Source: Eledone cirrhosa (taxonomy: Eukaryota). Taken from it: a stretch of 64,000 bases of DNA. The stretch lies in NCBI GenBank assembly GCA_964016885.1, contig OZ024748.1, forward strand, positions 44,020,001-44,084,000, written 5' to 3'. Below are positions 40,113-57,377 of the stretch, one piece after another (within the stretch, counting starts at the first letter, position 1; every line of letters starts with the position of its first letter). A model generated the notes under the pieces. That model was not told where the DNA came from, did not search any database, and saw only the letters and a list, made by a program, of their open reading frames with translations. The position numbers and the translations under genes were made by a program.

Positions 40113-40372
40113 TCAGAGCCAGATCAAAGAGGAGAGGGTAATTGCCCCCGGGCCCCACCAGTGACAGCCGTAACAATTTATTTCTGCCCTCAACTGGGCT
40201 TTTTAGTTTTAGGATGGCTAGAATTGTTTAATTTAATACCTGTATGTATAACTTTTCAATTCCAATTACTTGCTCCAAGCTAACTTTGATATGTAAAATG
40301 ATTTTTTTTGTGTATTAGCTGCTTCCCAAACCTGACAAGGCCAGGGCCCTCGAAGATCTAAATTCAACCATG
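40113..40372. mobile_element. Possible degenerate hAT-like MITE
   Basis: Degenerate termini CAGAGCCAGAT / AAATTCAACCATG and subterminal GGGCCC motifs. Confidence 0.3.
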
Positions 40373-40500
40373 TATATGGTTTTACATATAAAACATCAGT
40401 TGAAAAGGTACATTTGCATATAGTTGCATTTAATGCAAACATGGCTCGTTAAAGTGTGGTAATTAGAAATGTTTTAATTATTGTTCGTAAATAGATAATT

Positions 40501-40694
40501 AGGTAGGTGGATTCGAAGAATCGCTAGAGTATCTGACGCCATGCCTCGCATCATAGAGTTACGGCCCTTTACAGTCTGATTTCAAATCCCGGCAAGGTTA
40601 GCTTTGCCTTTCATCCTTTCGGGGTCGATAAAATAAAGTACCAGTAATGCACTGGTGTAACTGCTGGCATTGTGCCAAAAATAGAAACAATTAT
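40501..40694 (+). mobile_element. Meta-like tRNA SINE
   Basis: Same head, central domain and tail as 2317-2503. Confidence 0.8.
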
Positions 40695-40904
40695 TTGACT
40701 ACTGGCTTCCTTGTCAACAACTTTGTGTGAGAGAAAGTGGTAGGGAGAAAGATATCAAACTTCCATTTCCCAACAAATCTTGTGCAAAGTAGATGTCACA
40801 TGACACATTACTTTTTTTTATGAAGATGTTTATATTCATCTATAAACCTTCCATCATAATTTTATTTAAGAACCCTTATTAAGTTATGGCACCAAAACTA
40901 GCTT

Positions 40905-41146
40905 GTGAAGTCTCTCCTACTGGAGTAAAGTCTGTCTCTCATCTACTAGAGTGAAGTATCTCCTACTGGAGTAAAGTCTGCCACTCATGTACCAGAGTGA
41001 TGTCTCTCTCTCGTCTACTAGAGTGAAGACTCTCCTTCTACTGGAGTAAAGTCTGTCCCTCATCTACTAGAGTGAAGTCTCTCCTACTGGAGTAAAGTCT
41101 GTCCCTCATCTACTAGAGTGAAGTCTCTCCTACTGGAGTAAAGTCT
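40905..41146 (+). repeat. 46-bp minisatellite, ~5 copies
   Basis: GTGAAGTCTCTCCTACTGGAGTAAAGTCTGTCCCTCATCTACTAGA, built from two related half-units. Confidence 0.9.
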
Positions 41147-41818
41147 TGATAGTTTTATGAGACCTGGTTTCAGTCATTATCCCTTCAATTCTTGAGCCTG
41201 TAAAATTATCCAGTGTTAATACAAAAAGGGGTCACAGTGTTAATACTTTGGGATGTCACAGCAACTCTTTTATTCCTTCTCACATCCTAGATGCTGCAAA
41301 AATGGGGGTGGGGGGGGGGCACTGCATTGGTAGCCAAACAGAATAAAATGAGGGGGGAGGGTCATTGCACCTTCACAGATATCAGGTGATATCTGTGAAG
41401 GTGCTTAGCTATTTTAGTGCCTTAGCCATGCTATCATCTGTAGCAATTCTGTGCTTGCCTCAAAAATTATTAGAGGACAACTCCATGAGCTCAGCTTGTC
41501 TTGCTTGGGGATCCAACCAGATCATTTGAAGATGGTTGCTTCTGACAGTCCCTGCTGGAAGGAGTGTTTGAAGACTCTGACCCCATAACTCTCTTAGGAA
41601 TAAATGGGCGAAGTAGAAAAACTCCAGCATCCTTTGTTGTGTAATTGAATGCTTCCTCCCACATTATCTTTTATAAATATAACTTGTGTAGATATCTAAA
41701 TAATTGTTTCTACTTTTTGGCACAAGGCCAGCAATTGCCCAGTGTATTACTGGTACTTTATTATCTAAATAATACATCAAAAACATTTTTAATATACTAA
41801 GAAAGAGAAAAAACTTAA

Positions 41819-42018
41819 CCCTTTAATGTTCAAACTGGCCAGAATTCTCTACCTCTTTTTGTTAAAACTGGCCACTCATACTAATGTTAAGGTATTGTTC
41901 TCAAAATAAATACTTTCAAAATCTCATAGATTCGATATTATGTGAGATAATTATGTGAGGTAAAGCCTTTACCATGAAAATATGATAGCATATATAGAGT
42001 AATGTGAATGATAAAGGG
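41819..42018. mobile_element. piggyBac-like MITE (200 bp)
   Basis: TTAA-CCCTTTA...TAAAGGG-TTAA: TTAA duplication and CCC/GGG termini. Confidence 0.7.
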
Positions 42019-42349
42019 TTAAAGAACTTAATAAATAAATTTCAAATTAAAACCAAGTCTTACAGCAGCAATAGGTGACCCATAGCAAAACTTGTCTAAT
42101 CCAGTTCCACCATGACCTTGCTTCTGTATATATACATATATGTACCTGGAACCAGCAGTGGAAACAGCAAGTGTTCATCCGTAGGGTTCCCGATTCTTTA
42201 TTATATATATATATATATATATATACCACACACACACAGATTCGTGTATATTTATATGTGTTTATACACATACACACATCTCTCTCTCTATATATATATA
42301 CATAGGCAAGAATGGAAAAGCAGACGTAAAAAGGATATATATATATATA

Positions 42350-42470
42350 TAGGAACGAGTAGGACCCCGACGGCTGAGCTCAAGCCGTTTCGACGGCTAA
42401 TTCTGGACTGAATCCAGAATTAGCCATCGAAACGGCTTGAGCTCAGCCGTCGGGGTCCTACTCGTTCCTA
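42350..42470. repeat. Fold-back of a PLE 3' terminus (same family as 18760)
   Basis: ~57-bp near-perfect inverted repeat. Each arm is the 3' half of the hammerhead (GAAACGGC..GCCGTC GGGGT) plus the terminus CTCGTTCCT. Confidence 0.85.
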
Positions 42471-42547
42471 TTACCCACTCTACTACCCTAAGTATTGAGT
42501 ACTTTGGGGCGTTATGGTCCACCTGGTTCCTTACCACATTTCCTTCG

Positions 42548-42591
<44 letters not shown>

Positions 42592-42767
42592 GTAGAAGAG
42601 ATATTTAATTTGTTGGAAATCCAACAAATATAGATGTTTACAACTGATTCAGAGCACTCGACAGATTTCTGGAGTAAGTATTCAATGATATTAAATAAAT
42701 GGAAACTATATTTATAAAACCATATTTATTCTATTATATATATTTCAAGGGTACCAAACATTTTATA

Positions 42768-42826
42768 TTTTATCTGATGATAGCGTACCAAAATTTTTGG
42801 TACCCTTGAAATATATATAATAGAAT
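42768..42826 (+). ncRNA. Type I minimal hammerhead, intact core
   Basis: TTTTAT-CTGATGA-TAGC-GTACCAAA..TTTGGTAC-CCTT-GAAA-TATATA-TA-ATAGAA. Inverted partial copy at 42680-42760. Confidence 0.75.
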
Positions 42827-42875
42827 ATGGTTTTATAAATAAAGTTTCCATTTATTTAATATCATTGTATATGTA

Positions 42876-44120
42876 TCATCGTCATCATCATCATCATCGT
42901 TTAACGTCCATGTTCCACGCTTGCATGGGTTTGGACGAGAGTTTTCCCACTTGAGGCAAGAGTGGTTGTCTTGCTCGCATAGGACTGTCTGGCGAGTTTT
43001 CTTCAGCTGGATGCCCTTCCTAACACCAACCATATTTACAGTGTGGGGCTGGGAGGTTTTTACCGTGTTGCCTACACGGCCACATTACAGCGTGGACTGT
43101 GTGTTTTTTTGTCGTGACACCTACACGATCTCATTTGTTTCGGCCTGGATGTTGTGGCACCAACATAACTTTACATTTAAAGGGGCGGTGTGGACGGGGT
43201 GGGGGTGGTGGGACGGGGGTGTGTTTTGTTAGAGATGCCTACTGACTGTAGTAGGTTTTACTTTGTATTCAGGTAAGGTGGGCTTCTCTATTACTCAGTA
43301 CTGCCAAAGATCTCGGTCCAGTGACATTGTCTTGGAGAGGTGTGTGTGAGGTTGGAATTTATCAGGTCGTCCCAGGTTTTTCTGGGTCTGCCTACTCCGT
43401 GGCTACCATCTATCTTTATTGCCCTGCACTTTTTTATACAGCTGTCGTCTTTCATGAGCATCACGTGACCATACCAACGTAGCCTTCTCTCGACTAAACA
43501 ACATCTGATCCCTCTTATTTTTAATTTTTCCCTTAGTTCGTTTATGCTTTGCCGTTCGCGTATATTACTATTACACATCCAGCGGAGCATGCAAGCTTCG
43601 TTCCTCTCTAGTCTGCATATATCCTCTGCACACAATGCCCAGGTCTCACTGCCATGCAACATTGCTGTTCGTATGCAGGCATCATACAGCCTGCCTTTCA
43701 TTTTTAGGGAGAACCCTTTAGCGGCTAATAGTGGAATAAGCTCTCTGAACTTTTTCCATCCAGTTCTGACTCTAGCTACTGTACTTTCAGAGCACCCTCC
43801 CCCACTGCTGATTTTGTCACCCAGGTAACGGAAGCTGTCCACTATTTCTATAGAACCCTCTGCGCAATTGAAAGAGCTAGTATTCTGTGGGCACTTGCTG
43901 CTACTTATTGCACCAGAGCACCGGCCACATGTAAAATCTATGTTCTTAGTTAGCTTACCTGTGATCCCACTACATCTTTTATGCACCCATACTTTGCATT
44001 TGGGACATAAAATGGAGCTTCTACCTACGCCTTTCCTACACACTGAGCATGGCCATTTCCCGGAAGGAACCGGCGCCTTATTTTCTTTCCTACAAACTAG
44101 AACTTTAGTCTTAGCCAGGT
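42876..44120 (-). mobile_element. RTE LINE (second subfamily), 5'-truncated
   Basis: Homologous to 33840-35060 on the minus strand; (CAT)n tail on the plus strand. Confidence 0.95.
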
Positions 44121-44159
44121 ATATATATATATATGAGTGTATGTATATATATATGTATG

Positions 44160-44197
<38 letters not shown>

Positions 44198-44678
44198 ACT
44201 AGTAATATTACTATAATCGAAGGGAAAACATTTTCAGCGGGGGTTTTGTGCCCCCAGGGAACCCTTTGATTAAAATGAAATATACTTATCCAAGTACCCT
44301 GGGCAATGTAGTTTCAGAATATATATGGTTATGGGGGTCTATCTCCAAAAATATAGGAGGAGTTCGTGAAATCTTGTTCCATTGATTGGCTAAAATTTTC
44401 ACTCCCATTAGGGTGTCTTAATATTATTGAAATTTTCTGAAATTTTGTGAATAGGCATCATATCTTGTCATTTACTTATGATTTAAATTTCATATAAATC
44501 GAAAGGAAAAAAATTAAGCGGGGCTTTGAACCCCTGGGGAACCCTTTCATTAAAATGAAATATACGTAAGAAATCAAATGGGCATGAGCCCCACACACAT
44601 GTCAGGTTTCATCAAGATCGGTTTGGTAGTTTTTGAGTTTTAGGTTCACAAACAAACACACAGACAGAAATTGCCATT

Positions 44679-44690
<12 letters not shown>
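44198..44690 (-). mobile_element. Non-autonomous Helitron-like element (Lep1-type architecture)
   Basis: Minus strand starts (TA)n-AAAATGGC..CTGTCTGTGTGTTTGTTTGT, contains CCGATCTTGATGAAAC and ends CTAGT. ~70-bp internal direct repeat at 44216 and 44496. Confidence 0.6.
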
Positions 44691-44709
<19 letters not shown>

Positions 44710-44751
44710 AATATAAGTATTAATAAAATAGATGTTCTTTTGATCAATTAC

Positions 44752-44804
44752 ATTTTATTATACATATTTCGGATGTACAACAGTACGTCCTCATCAGACA
44801 AAAT
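44752..44804 (-). ncRNA. Type I minimal hammerhead, intact core
   Basis: ATTTTGT-CTGATGA-GGACGTAC TGTT GTACATCC-GAAA-TATGTA-TA-ATAAAAT. Lies in the left arm of fold-back 44701-45024. Confidence 0.85.
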
Positions 44805-44921
44805 ATGATACACGACATACCCTGAGATGTTAAATGGTTAAGATTTAATCAAGGTAGTACCTTGACTACCTTGATTAAATCTTAACCATTTAACATCTCA
44901 GGGTATGTCATGTATCATTAT

Positions 44922-44974
44922 ATTTTGTCTGATGAGGACGTACTGTTGTACATCCAAAATATTTATAATAAAAT
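44922..44974 (+). ncRNA. Hammerhead, inverted partner of 44752, with G12A
   Basis: Same fold, but CC-AAAA replaces CC-GAAA. Confidence 0.7.
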
Positions 44975-45830
44975 ATAATTGATCAAAAGAACATCTATTT
45001 TATTAATACTTATATTTTAATATTAATAACTCCAGAAAATTATTTTTTCCGTTGAGTGCTTCCACTCTACTGTAAAACTCATTCTTTGACATAATCATTG
45101 AATATTGTTTAACAATTTAATATATATATATATGCGTGTGTGTGCGAGAAAAAGATAACTATGATTGCAGATATATAACATTTAAGAAAAATATAACTAT
45201 GATTGCATATATATATATATATAACCTAAGTGGATCAACTAAAAATAACATTATCATCTTGCTTTTGTAGTAATCTCAAATGAAATGCCATACTCTCTAG
45301 TTTTGTCCTCCATGCTACATTACTGAAAATAACACCGGAGAGCGAAGTAAAAAAGGGGCAAGTAACTTTTCTTTGAGGGGGGTAACAGCCTCGTTTCTAC
45401 TTCGCGGGCCATCTCTAGACGCCATATTGTGGCAAATGTTTGGAAGATGTGAATGTAAAATATATATACCTGTTGCCTCAATAATGCTTTTTGGTGAATT
45501 GAAAGCAACACGAAACGATTTATGGACGACTTATCTAAGATTTATTAATTGTCCCAGTTGAAAAATTCCTTCCTTTTTTGCGGGGAAGGTATTCGTTTAA
45601 GTCTTCAAAGGTGTACATTAATTTGGATGTATGGATGTATGGCATGGAATAGGCCATCTTGATTGATTTAATGAATTACAGTTTTATATATTATCGTCAA
45701 GTGGCTACTAATTGAAACTGTTGTGTTGTATTCGGATAGTGTATATATCTATCTACATCTATATATTTATAAATATATAGAGATTTCATTTACCTTCGTT
45801 GTTGTCTTAATTTTTTTTTGGCCTGTTTGA

Positions 45831-46019
<189 letters not shown>

Positions 46020-47199
46020 TGAGTAAAATTTAAACAAAAAAAAAAAAATTGCTCATATTGCTTTTTCATGTAAAAAAAAAAAAACGGTACATTTTTGTAC
46101 TCATAATGAATTCTCTCCTATTCTTAGCACAATAACACTTCTCATTTAGTGAAAATATGACAGAAATATTATATTTAATGTATTTAAAGAGCAAAAATAG
46201 CCGCAACTGAGTAGAAAATAGTTTTTTTAAATCATCATTTTTTTCTTCTACATTTAATAACGTTTTTGCTTAATATTTCCCGTCATATATATATACTAAT
46301 GTGTGTGTAAAATTATATATATATATATATATATACTAATGTGTGTGTGTGATATATATATACACACTAATATGTGTGTCTGTAATATATATATACATAT
46401 GTGTGTGTGTGTAATGTATATATATATTTATATATATATATATGCATACATATATATATATTTTCTTTTCGTGGTAAGCAGCTTAAACTATTAACGTGGT
46501 CACGTGTGTCATGTCTGCTATAAAAGAACCTTTTAAAGATGAGACGGGATATATATATATATATATTCTTACAGTGGAGATGATAGTTTGTCAGGATTGA
46601 TTTCATCTCTCTTTATACAACTAATATTAAATTAAAGAGAACAACTTGGAGCCCTTTTTTTAATCTTTTCTTAACCAAGCGAATGTCTGTCACTAGAAAT
46701 TTACTTACATGGCGTGTTGGCGGTTACTGAACAAAATTGCTTAAGAAATAACGATTAGGTTTTTAAAAAAAAAAAACATTTTCTTAGGGAAATATGTGAC
46801 GATCCTTTTAGTTAATTATTTTTTTTTTCTGAACTAATATTTTTTTTATTACTGTTGTTGTTATTAATGTAGCTGATGAAATGTAGTTGCTAATACTGTT
46901 GAGGATGGGGGAACCGGCTTGGCTACCCCCCCCCCCCTCCATCATCGCTCGGAAATCCCCTCCTCCCCGGTTGATTGCTTAATTGCTTCAGATAACCAAC
47001 ACCTTCTTCTCTTTCACACCATGAAGAGTTGAGGACATTTAGAATTGCTCTACTATTGTGTGTTATTGAACTTTTGAAAAGTGATTGATGAATCGAATGG
47101 GATAAGGAATCGGGAATCGAAACCGGGTTTACAGCTTCGATTTGTCAAGAAGTTTGCGCCTCATCGTTACTACGTTACTTGCAACTGTCATAATACTGC

Positions 47200-47232
47200 C
47201 TGTGTGTGTATATGTGTGTGTGTGTGTATATG

Positions 47233-47276
<44 letters not shown>

Positions 47277-47692
47277 TGTGTGTATGTGTGTATATATGAG
47301 TGTATGTGTATATATATGTGTATATATGTATGTGTATATGTATATGTGTATATATGTGTGTATATGTGTATGTGTATATATGTATGTGTATATATGTATG
47401 TGTATATATATATATGTATGTGTATATATATATATGTGTATATATATGTGTATATATATGTGTATATATGTATGTGTATATATATGTGTCTATATGTGTA
47501 TATATATGTGTCGATATGTGTATATGTATGTGTATATATGTGTGTATATACATGTATATATGTGTGTATATACATATATGTATGTGTATATACATATATG
47601 TATGTGTATATACATATATGTATGTGTATATACATATATGTATGTGTATATATGTGTGTATATATATGTGTATTTACATACACATATATGTG

Positions 47693-47777
<85 letters not shown>

Positions 47778-47888
47778 GTATATGTATATATATATAAGTT
47801 GTAATAAAATGAAAACGAAATTTCATTTCTCACTCTTAGTATATATATGTATATATATATGTATATATACATATATATACATACTTAC

Positions 47889-47922
<34 letters not shown>

Positions 47923-48715
47923 GTGTATATATATATGTATATGTATGTGTATGTATATATGTGTATATATATGTGTGTGTGTATATATATATATGTGTAT
48001 ATATATGTGTATATATGTGTATATGTGTGTATATATGTGTATATATGTGTATATATGTGTGTATATATATGTGTATATATGTGTATGTATATATATGTGT
48101 ATGTATATATATGTGTATGTATATATATGTGTATGTATATATATGTGTATGTATATATATGTGTATGTATATATATGTGTATGTATATATGTTTGTATGT
48201 ATATATATGTGTATGTATATATGTTTGTATGTATATATATGTGTATGTATATATATATGTGTATATATGTGTATGTATATATATATGTGTATATATGTGT
48301 ATGTATATATATATGTGTATATATGTGTATGTATATATATATGTGTATATGTATGTATATATGTGTATATATATGTGTATATATATGTGTATATATATGT
48401 GTATATATATGTGTATATATATGTGTATATATATGTGTATATATATATGTGTGTATATATATGTGTGTATATATATGTGTATATATATGTGTATATATAT
48501 GTGTATATATATGTGTGTATATATATGTGTATATATGTGTATATATGTGTGTATATATATGTGTATATATGTGTATATATGTGTGTGTATATATATGTGT
48601 ATATATATGTGTATATATATATGTGTGTATATATGTGTATATATGTGTATATATATGTGTATATATATATGTATATATATATGTATATATATGTGTATAT
48701 ATATATGTGTATATA

Positions 48716-48754
<39 letters not shown>

Positions 48755-49039
48755 CTATATATGTGTGTATATATATGTATATATATATATGTGTGTATAT
48801 ATATGTATATATATATGTGTATATATATATGTGTGTATATATATGTATATATATATATCTATATATATGTATATATATATATCTATATATATGTATATAT
48901 ATATATATATCTATATATATATATGTGTATATATATATATATATGTGTATATATATATATATATGTGTATATATATATATATATGTGTATATATATATAT
49001 ATATGTGTATATATATATATATATGTGTATATATATATA

Positions 49040-49072
<33 letters not shown>

Positions 49073-49367
49073 GTGTGTATATATATATATGTGTGTAAAT
49101 ATATAGATATATGTGTATATATATATATGTGTGTATATATATATATGTATATGTGTGTGTATATATATATATGTATATGTGTGTGTATATATATATATGT
49201 ATATATCTATGTATATATATATATATCTATGTATATATATATATATCTATGTATATATATATATATATGTATATATCTATGTATGTGTGTATATATATAT
49301 ATATATGTATATATCTATATATGTGTGTATATATATATGTATATATCTATATATGTGTGTATATATC

Positions 49368-49400
<33 letters not shown>

Positions 49401-49565
49401 CTATATATATTTGTGTATATATATATGTATATATATATATGTATATATCTATATAGATGTGTGTATGTATATATATACGTATATATCTATATATGTGTGT
49501 GTATATATATATGTATATATCTATATATGTATGTATATATCTATATATGTATGTATATATATATT

Positions 49566-49604
<39 letters not shown>

Positions 49605-49963
49605 CTATATATGTGTGTGTGTGTGTATATGTATATCTCTATATATGTATATATCTCTATATATGTATATATCTATATATATGTATATATCTATATATAT
49701 ATATATGTATATCTATATATATATATATATATGTATATATCTCTATATATGTATATATCTCTATATATGTATATATCTCTATATATGTATATATCTATAT
49801 ATATATATATGTATATATCTATATATATATATATGTATATCTATATATATATATGTATATCTATATATATATATATATATATGTATATATCTCTATATAT
49901 GTATATATCTATATATGTATATATCTATATATATATATATGTATATCTATATATATGTATATC

Positions 49964-50004
<41 letters not shown>

Positions 50005-50168
50005 GTATATATCTATATATATATATGTATATATCTATATATATATATGTATATATCTATATATGTGTGTGTATATATATGTATATATCTATATATATGT
50101 GTGTATATATATGTATATATCTATATATATGTGTATATATATATCTATATATCTATATGTGTATATAT
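47200..50168. repeat. TA/TG-derived satellite (TATATGTG / TATATCTA variants)
   Basis: ~3 kb of low-complexity sequence. Confidence 0.97.
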
Positions 50169-50372
50169 GCAGTCCACGCTGAAATGTGGCCGTGTAGGCA
50201 ACACGGTAAAAACCTCCCAGCCCCACACTGTAAATGTGGTTGGTGTTAGGAAGGGCATCCAGCTGTAGAAAACCCGCCAGACAGTCCTATGCGAGCAAGA
50301 CAACCACTCTTGCCTCAAGTGGGACTACCCCCGTCCAAACCCATGCAAGCGTGGAACACGGACGTTAAACGT

Positions 50373-50403
<31 letters not shown>
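50169..50403 (+). mobile_element. RTE 3' UTR fragment
   Basis: Matches 34835-35060; (GAT)n tail. Confidence 0.9.
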
Positions 50404-52155
<1,752 letters not shown>

Positions 52156-52330
52156 TATACTTTGGGAGGGTCATGTTGCAAATAAGAAACACACGCACCA
52201 GTTGTTTTCACTTCAATTTCTTATATTTCTAATATTTATTATATTCATTATATTCAACACACGATTTCATATAAAGAATCTTTCTAAACAAATTCAGAAA
52301 CGAAATATGTGAATATATATATATATATAT

Positions 52331-52434
<104 letters not shown>

Positions 52435-52484
52435 TATATATATAAGTGTGTGTGTGAATATATATATATATATATATATGTGTG

Positions 52485-52515
<31 letters not shown>

Positions 52516-52639
52516 GAATATATATATGTATATATTTATGGGAATATATATATATATATATATAGATGTGAATATATATATATATGAATATATATATATA
52601 ATTTTTTATCGATCGACTTTTGTCAAATCGGACCGAAGG

Positions 52640-52826
52640 AACAATGCTTCCGTTGGTCTTTCCAATTGCTAAATACTATCTATCGGTCGCAACTCCAGGG
52701 AGAAGGAGCAACGTGAAATAAAGGGTCTTGCTGAAGGACACAACGCATCGCCTGGTCCAGGAATCAAACTCACAACCTTATGATTGCGAATCCAATTCTC
52801 TAACCACTCCGCCACACGCCTTCACA
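52640..52826 (-). mobile_element. tRNA-derived SINE (CORE/V-like domain)
   Basis: Minus strand GTGAAGGCGTGTGGCGGAGTGGTTAGAG..GAGTTTGATTCC..TGTGTCCTTCAGCAAGACCCTTTA. Confidence 0.7.
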
Positions 52827-53481
52827 TATATATATATGTGAATATATTATATATATGTGAATATATATATATATGTGAATATATTATATATATGTGAATA
52901 TATATATATATATGTGAATATATATATATATATGTGAATATATTATATATATGTGAATATATTATATGTGAATATATTATATATATGTGAATATATATAT
53001 ATATATATGTGAATATATATATATATATGTGAATATATATATATATATGTGAATATATATATATATATATGTGAATATATATATATATATGTGAATATAT
53101 ATATATATATATGTGAATATATATATATATATATATGTGAATATATATATATATATATATGTGAATATATATATATATATATATGTGTGAATATATATAT
53201 ATGAATATAGTGTTAATATAGAAGAGATTCTACAGGACTAGAACTGTTTCATTCATTAGAAATCATATGAATATATATATATATATATATTCACATGAAT
53301 ATATATGTATATATGTGAATATATATATGTATATATGTGAATATATATATATATGTGAATATATATATATATGTGTGAATATATATATATATGTGTGAAT
53401 ATATATATATATATATATGTGAATATATATATATATATGTGAATATATATATATATATGTGAATATATATATATATATATG

Positions 53482-53529
<48 letters not shown>

Positions 53530-56272
53530 TATATATATATATATATATATATGAATATATATAAATATATATATATATTATGAATATATATATATATATA
53601 TATATATATGAATATATATATATATATGAATATATATGAATATATATATGAATATATATATATGAATATATATGAATATATATATGAATATATAATATGA
53701 ATATATATATATATATATATGAATATATATATATATGAATATATATATATATATATATGAATATATATATATGTGAATATATATATATATATATATGAAT
53801 ATATATATATGTGAATATATATATATATATATATGAATATATATATATGTGAATATATATATATATATATGAATATATATATATGTGAATATATATATAT
53901 ATATATATGAATATATATATATGTGAATATATATATATATATATTCATATATATATATATATATGAATATATATATATATGAATATATATATATGAATAT
54001 ATATATATATATATATGAATATATATATATATTATGAATATATATATATATATATGAATATATATATATATATATGAATATATATATATATATATGAATA
54101 TATATATATATATATGAATATATATATATATATATTCATATATATATATATATATTCATATATATATATATATATATATATATCAATATATATATATATG
54201 TGAATATATATATACATATATATCAATATATATATATATATGAATATATATATATGTGAATATATATATATATATGTGAATATATATATATATATGTGAA
54301 TATATATATATGAATATATATATATATATATATGTGAATATATATATATGAATATATATATATATATGTGAATATATATATATGAATATATATATATATA
54401 TATGTGAATATATATATATGAATATATATATATATATATATATGTGAATATATATATATGAATATATATATATATATATATATGTGAATATATATATATG
54501 AATATATATATATATATATATATGAATATATATATATATATATATATATGAATATATATATATATGTGAATATATATATATATGTGAATATATATATATA
54601 TGTGAATATATATATATATATGAATATATATATATATATATATGAATATATATAATAATATATATGAATATATATATGAATATATATATATATGTGAATA
54701 TATATATATATGTGAATATATATATATATGTGAATATATATATATATGTGAATATATAATATATATATGTGAATATATATATATATGTGAATATATATAT
54801 ATATGTGAATATATATATATATATGTGAATATATATATATATATGTGAATATATATATGTGAATATATATATGTGAATATATATATATATGTGAATATAT
54901 ATATATATGTGAATATATATATATATATGTGAATATATATATATATATATATATGTGAATATATATATATATATGTGAATATATATATATATATATATGT
55001 GAATATATATATATATGTGAATATATATATATATATATATGTGAATATATATATATATGTGAATATATATATATATGTGAATATATATATATATATATAT
55101 ATATGTGAATATATATATGTATATATGTGAATGTATATATGTGAATGTATATATGTGAATGTATATATGTGAATATATATATATATATGTGAATATATAT
55201 ATATATGTGAATATATATATATATAAGAATATATATATATATAAGAATATATATTATATATGTGAATATATACATATATATGTGAATATATATATGTATA
55301 TATGTGAATATATGTATATATGTGAATATATATATGTATATATGTGAATATATGTATATATGTGAATATATACATATATATGTGAATATATATATGTATA
55401 TATGTGAATATATATATGTGAATATATATATGTATATATGTGAATATATATATATATATATGTGAATATAAATATGTGGGAATATACATATATATATGTG
55501 AATATATATATATATTCACATATATATATATATATATGTGAAATATAAATATATATGAATATATATCTATATATGAATATATATATATAAGAATATATAT
55601 ATATATGAATATATATATATATGAATATATATATATAATATATATGTGAATATATATATATGTGAATATATATATATATGTGAATATATATATATATGTG
55701 AATATATATATATATGTGTATATATATATATGTGTATATATATGTGTATATATATATATATGTGTATATATATGTGTATATATATATATATGTGTATATA
55801 TATGTGTATATATATATATATATGTGTATATATATGTGAATATATATATATATATATGTGTATATATATGTGAATATATATATATATATATGTGTATATA
55901 TATGTGAATATATATATATATATGTGAATATATATATGTGAATATATATATGTGAATATATAAATATATGTGTATATATATATGAATATATATATATATA
56001 TGTGAATATATATATGTGAATATATATATGTGAATATATAAATATATGTGTATATATATATGAATATATATATATATATGTGTATATATATATGAATATA
56101 TATATATATGTGTATATATATGTGAATATATATATATATATGAATATATATATATATGTGTATATATATGTGAATATATATATATGTGAATATATATATA
56201 TGTGAATATATATATATGTGAATATATATATAGATGTGAATATATATATAGATGTGAATATATATATAGATG

Positions 56273-56339
<67 letters not shown>

Positions 56340-57377
56340 TTATATATATATATATGAATATATATATATATATGTGAATATATATATATATGAATATATA
56401 TATATATGAATATATATATATATATGTGAATATATATATATGTGAATATATATATATGTGAATATATATATATATGTGAATATATATATATATGTGAATA
56501 TATATATATATGTGAATATATATATATATGTGAATATATATATATATGAATATATATATATATGTGAATATATATATATGTGTATATATATATGTGAATA
56601 TATATATATATGAATATATATATATGAATATATATATATATATATATATGTGAATATATATATATATATATGTGAATATATATATATATATATGTGAATA
56701 TATATATATATATATGTGAATATATATATATATGTGAATATATATATATATGTGAATATATATATATATATGTCAATATATATATATATGAATATATATA
56801 TATATATGTGAATATATATATATATATGTGAATATATATATATATATGTGAATATATATATATATATGTGAATATATATATATATATGTGAATATATATA
56901 TATATATATGTGAATATATATATATATGTGAATATATATATATATGTGAATATATATATATATGTGAATATATATATATATATATGTGAATATATATATA
57001 TATATATGTGAATATATATATATATATATGAATATATATATATATATATATATATATGTGAATATATATATATATATGTGAATATATATATATATATATA
57101 TATATGTGAATATATATATATATATGTGAATATATATATATATATATGTGAATATATATATATATATATGTGAATATATATATATATATATGTGAATATA
57201 TATATATATATATGTGAATATATATATATATATATGTGAATATATATATATATATATGTGAATATATATATATATATATGTGAATATATATATATATATA
57301 TGTGAATATATATATATATATATGTGAATATATATATATATATATATGTGAATATATATATGTGAATATATATATAT
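52827..57377. repeat. (GT)GAA(TA)n satellite, ~4.5 kb
   Basis: Units of TGTGAA plus a variable (TA)n, with occasional inverted TTCA units. Confidence 0.97.

Noticed and set aside
41430-41670. Possible exon on the minus strand (EEAFNYTTKDAGVFLLRPF...)
   Set aside because: No recognisable homology or clear splice sites.
47080-47135. Hammerhead-like TTGATGA...GAAACC
   Set aside because: No convincing helix I or II; C3 missing.
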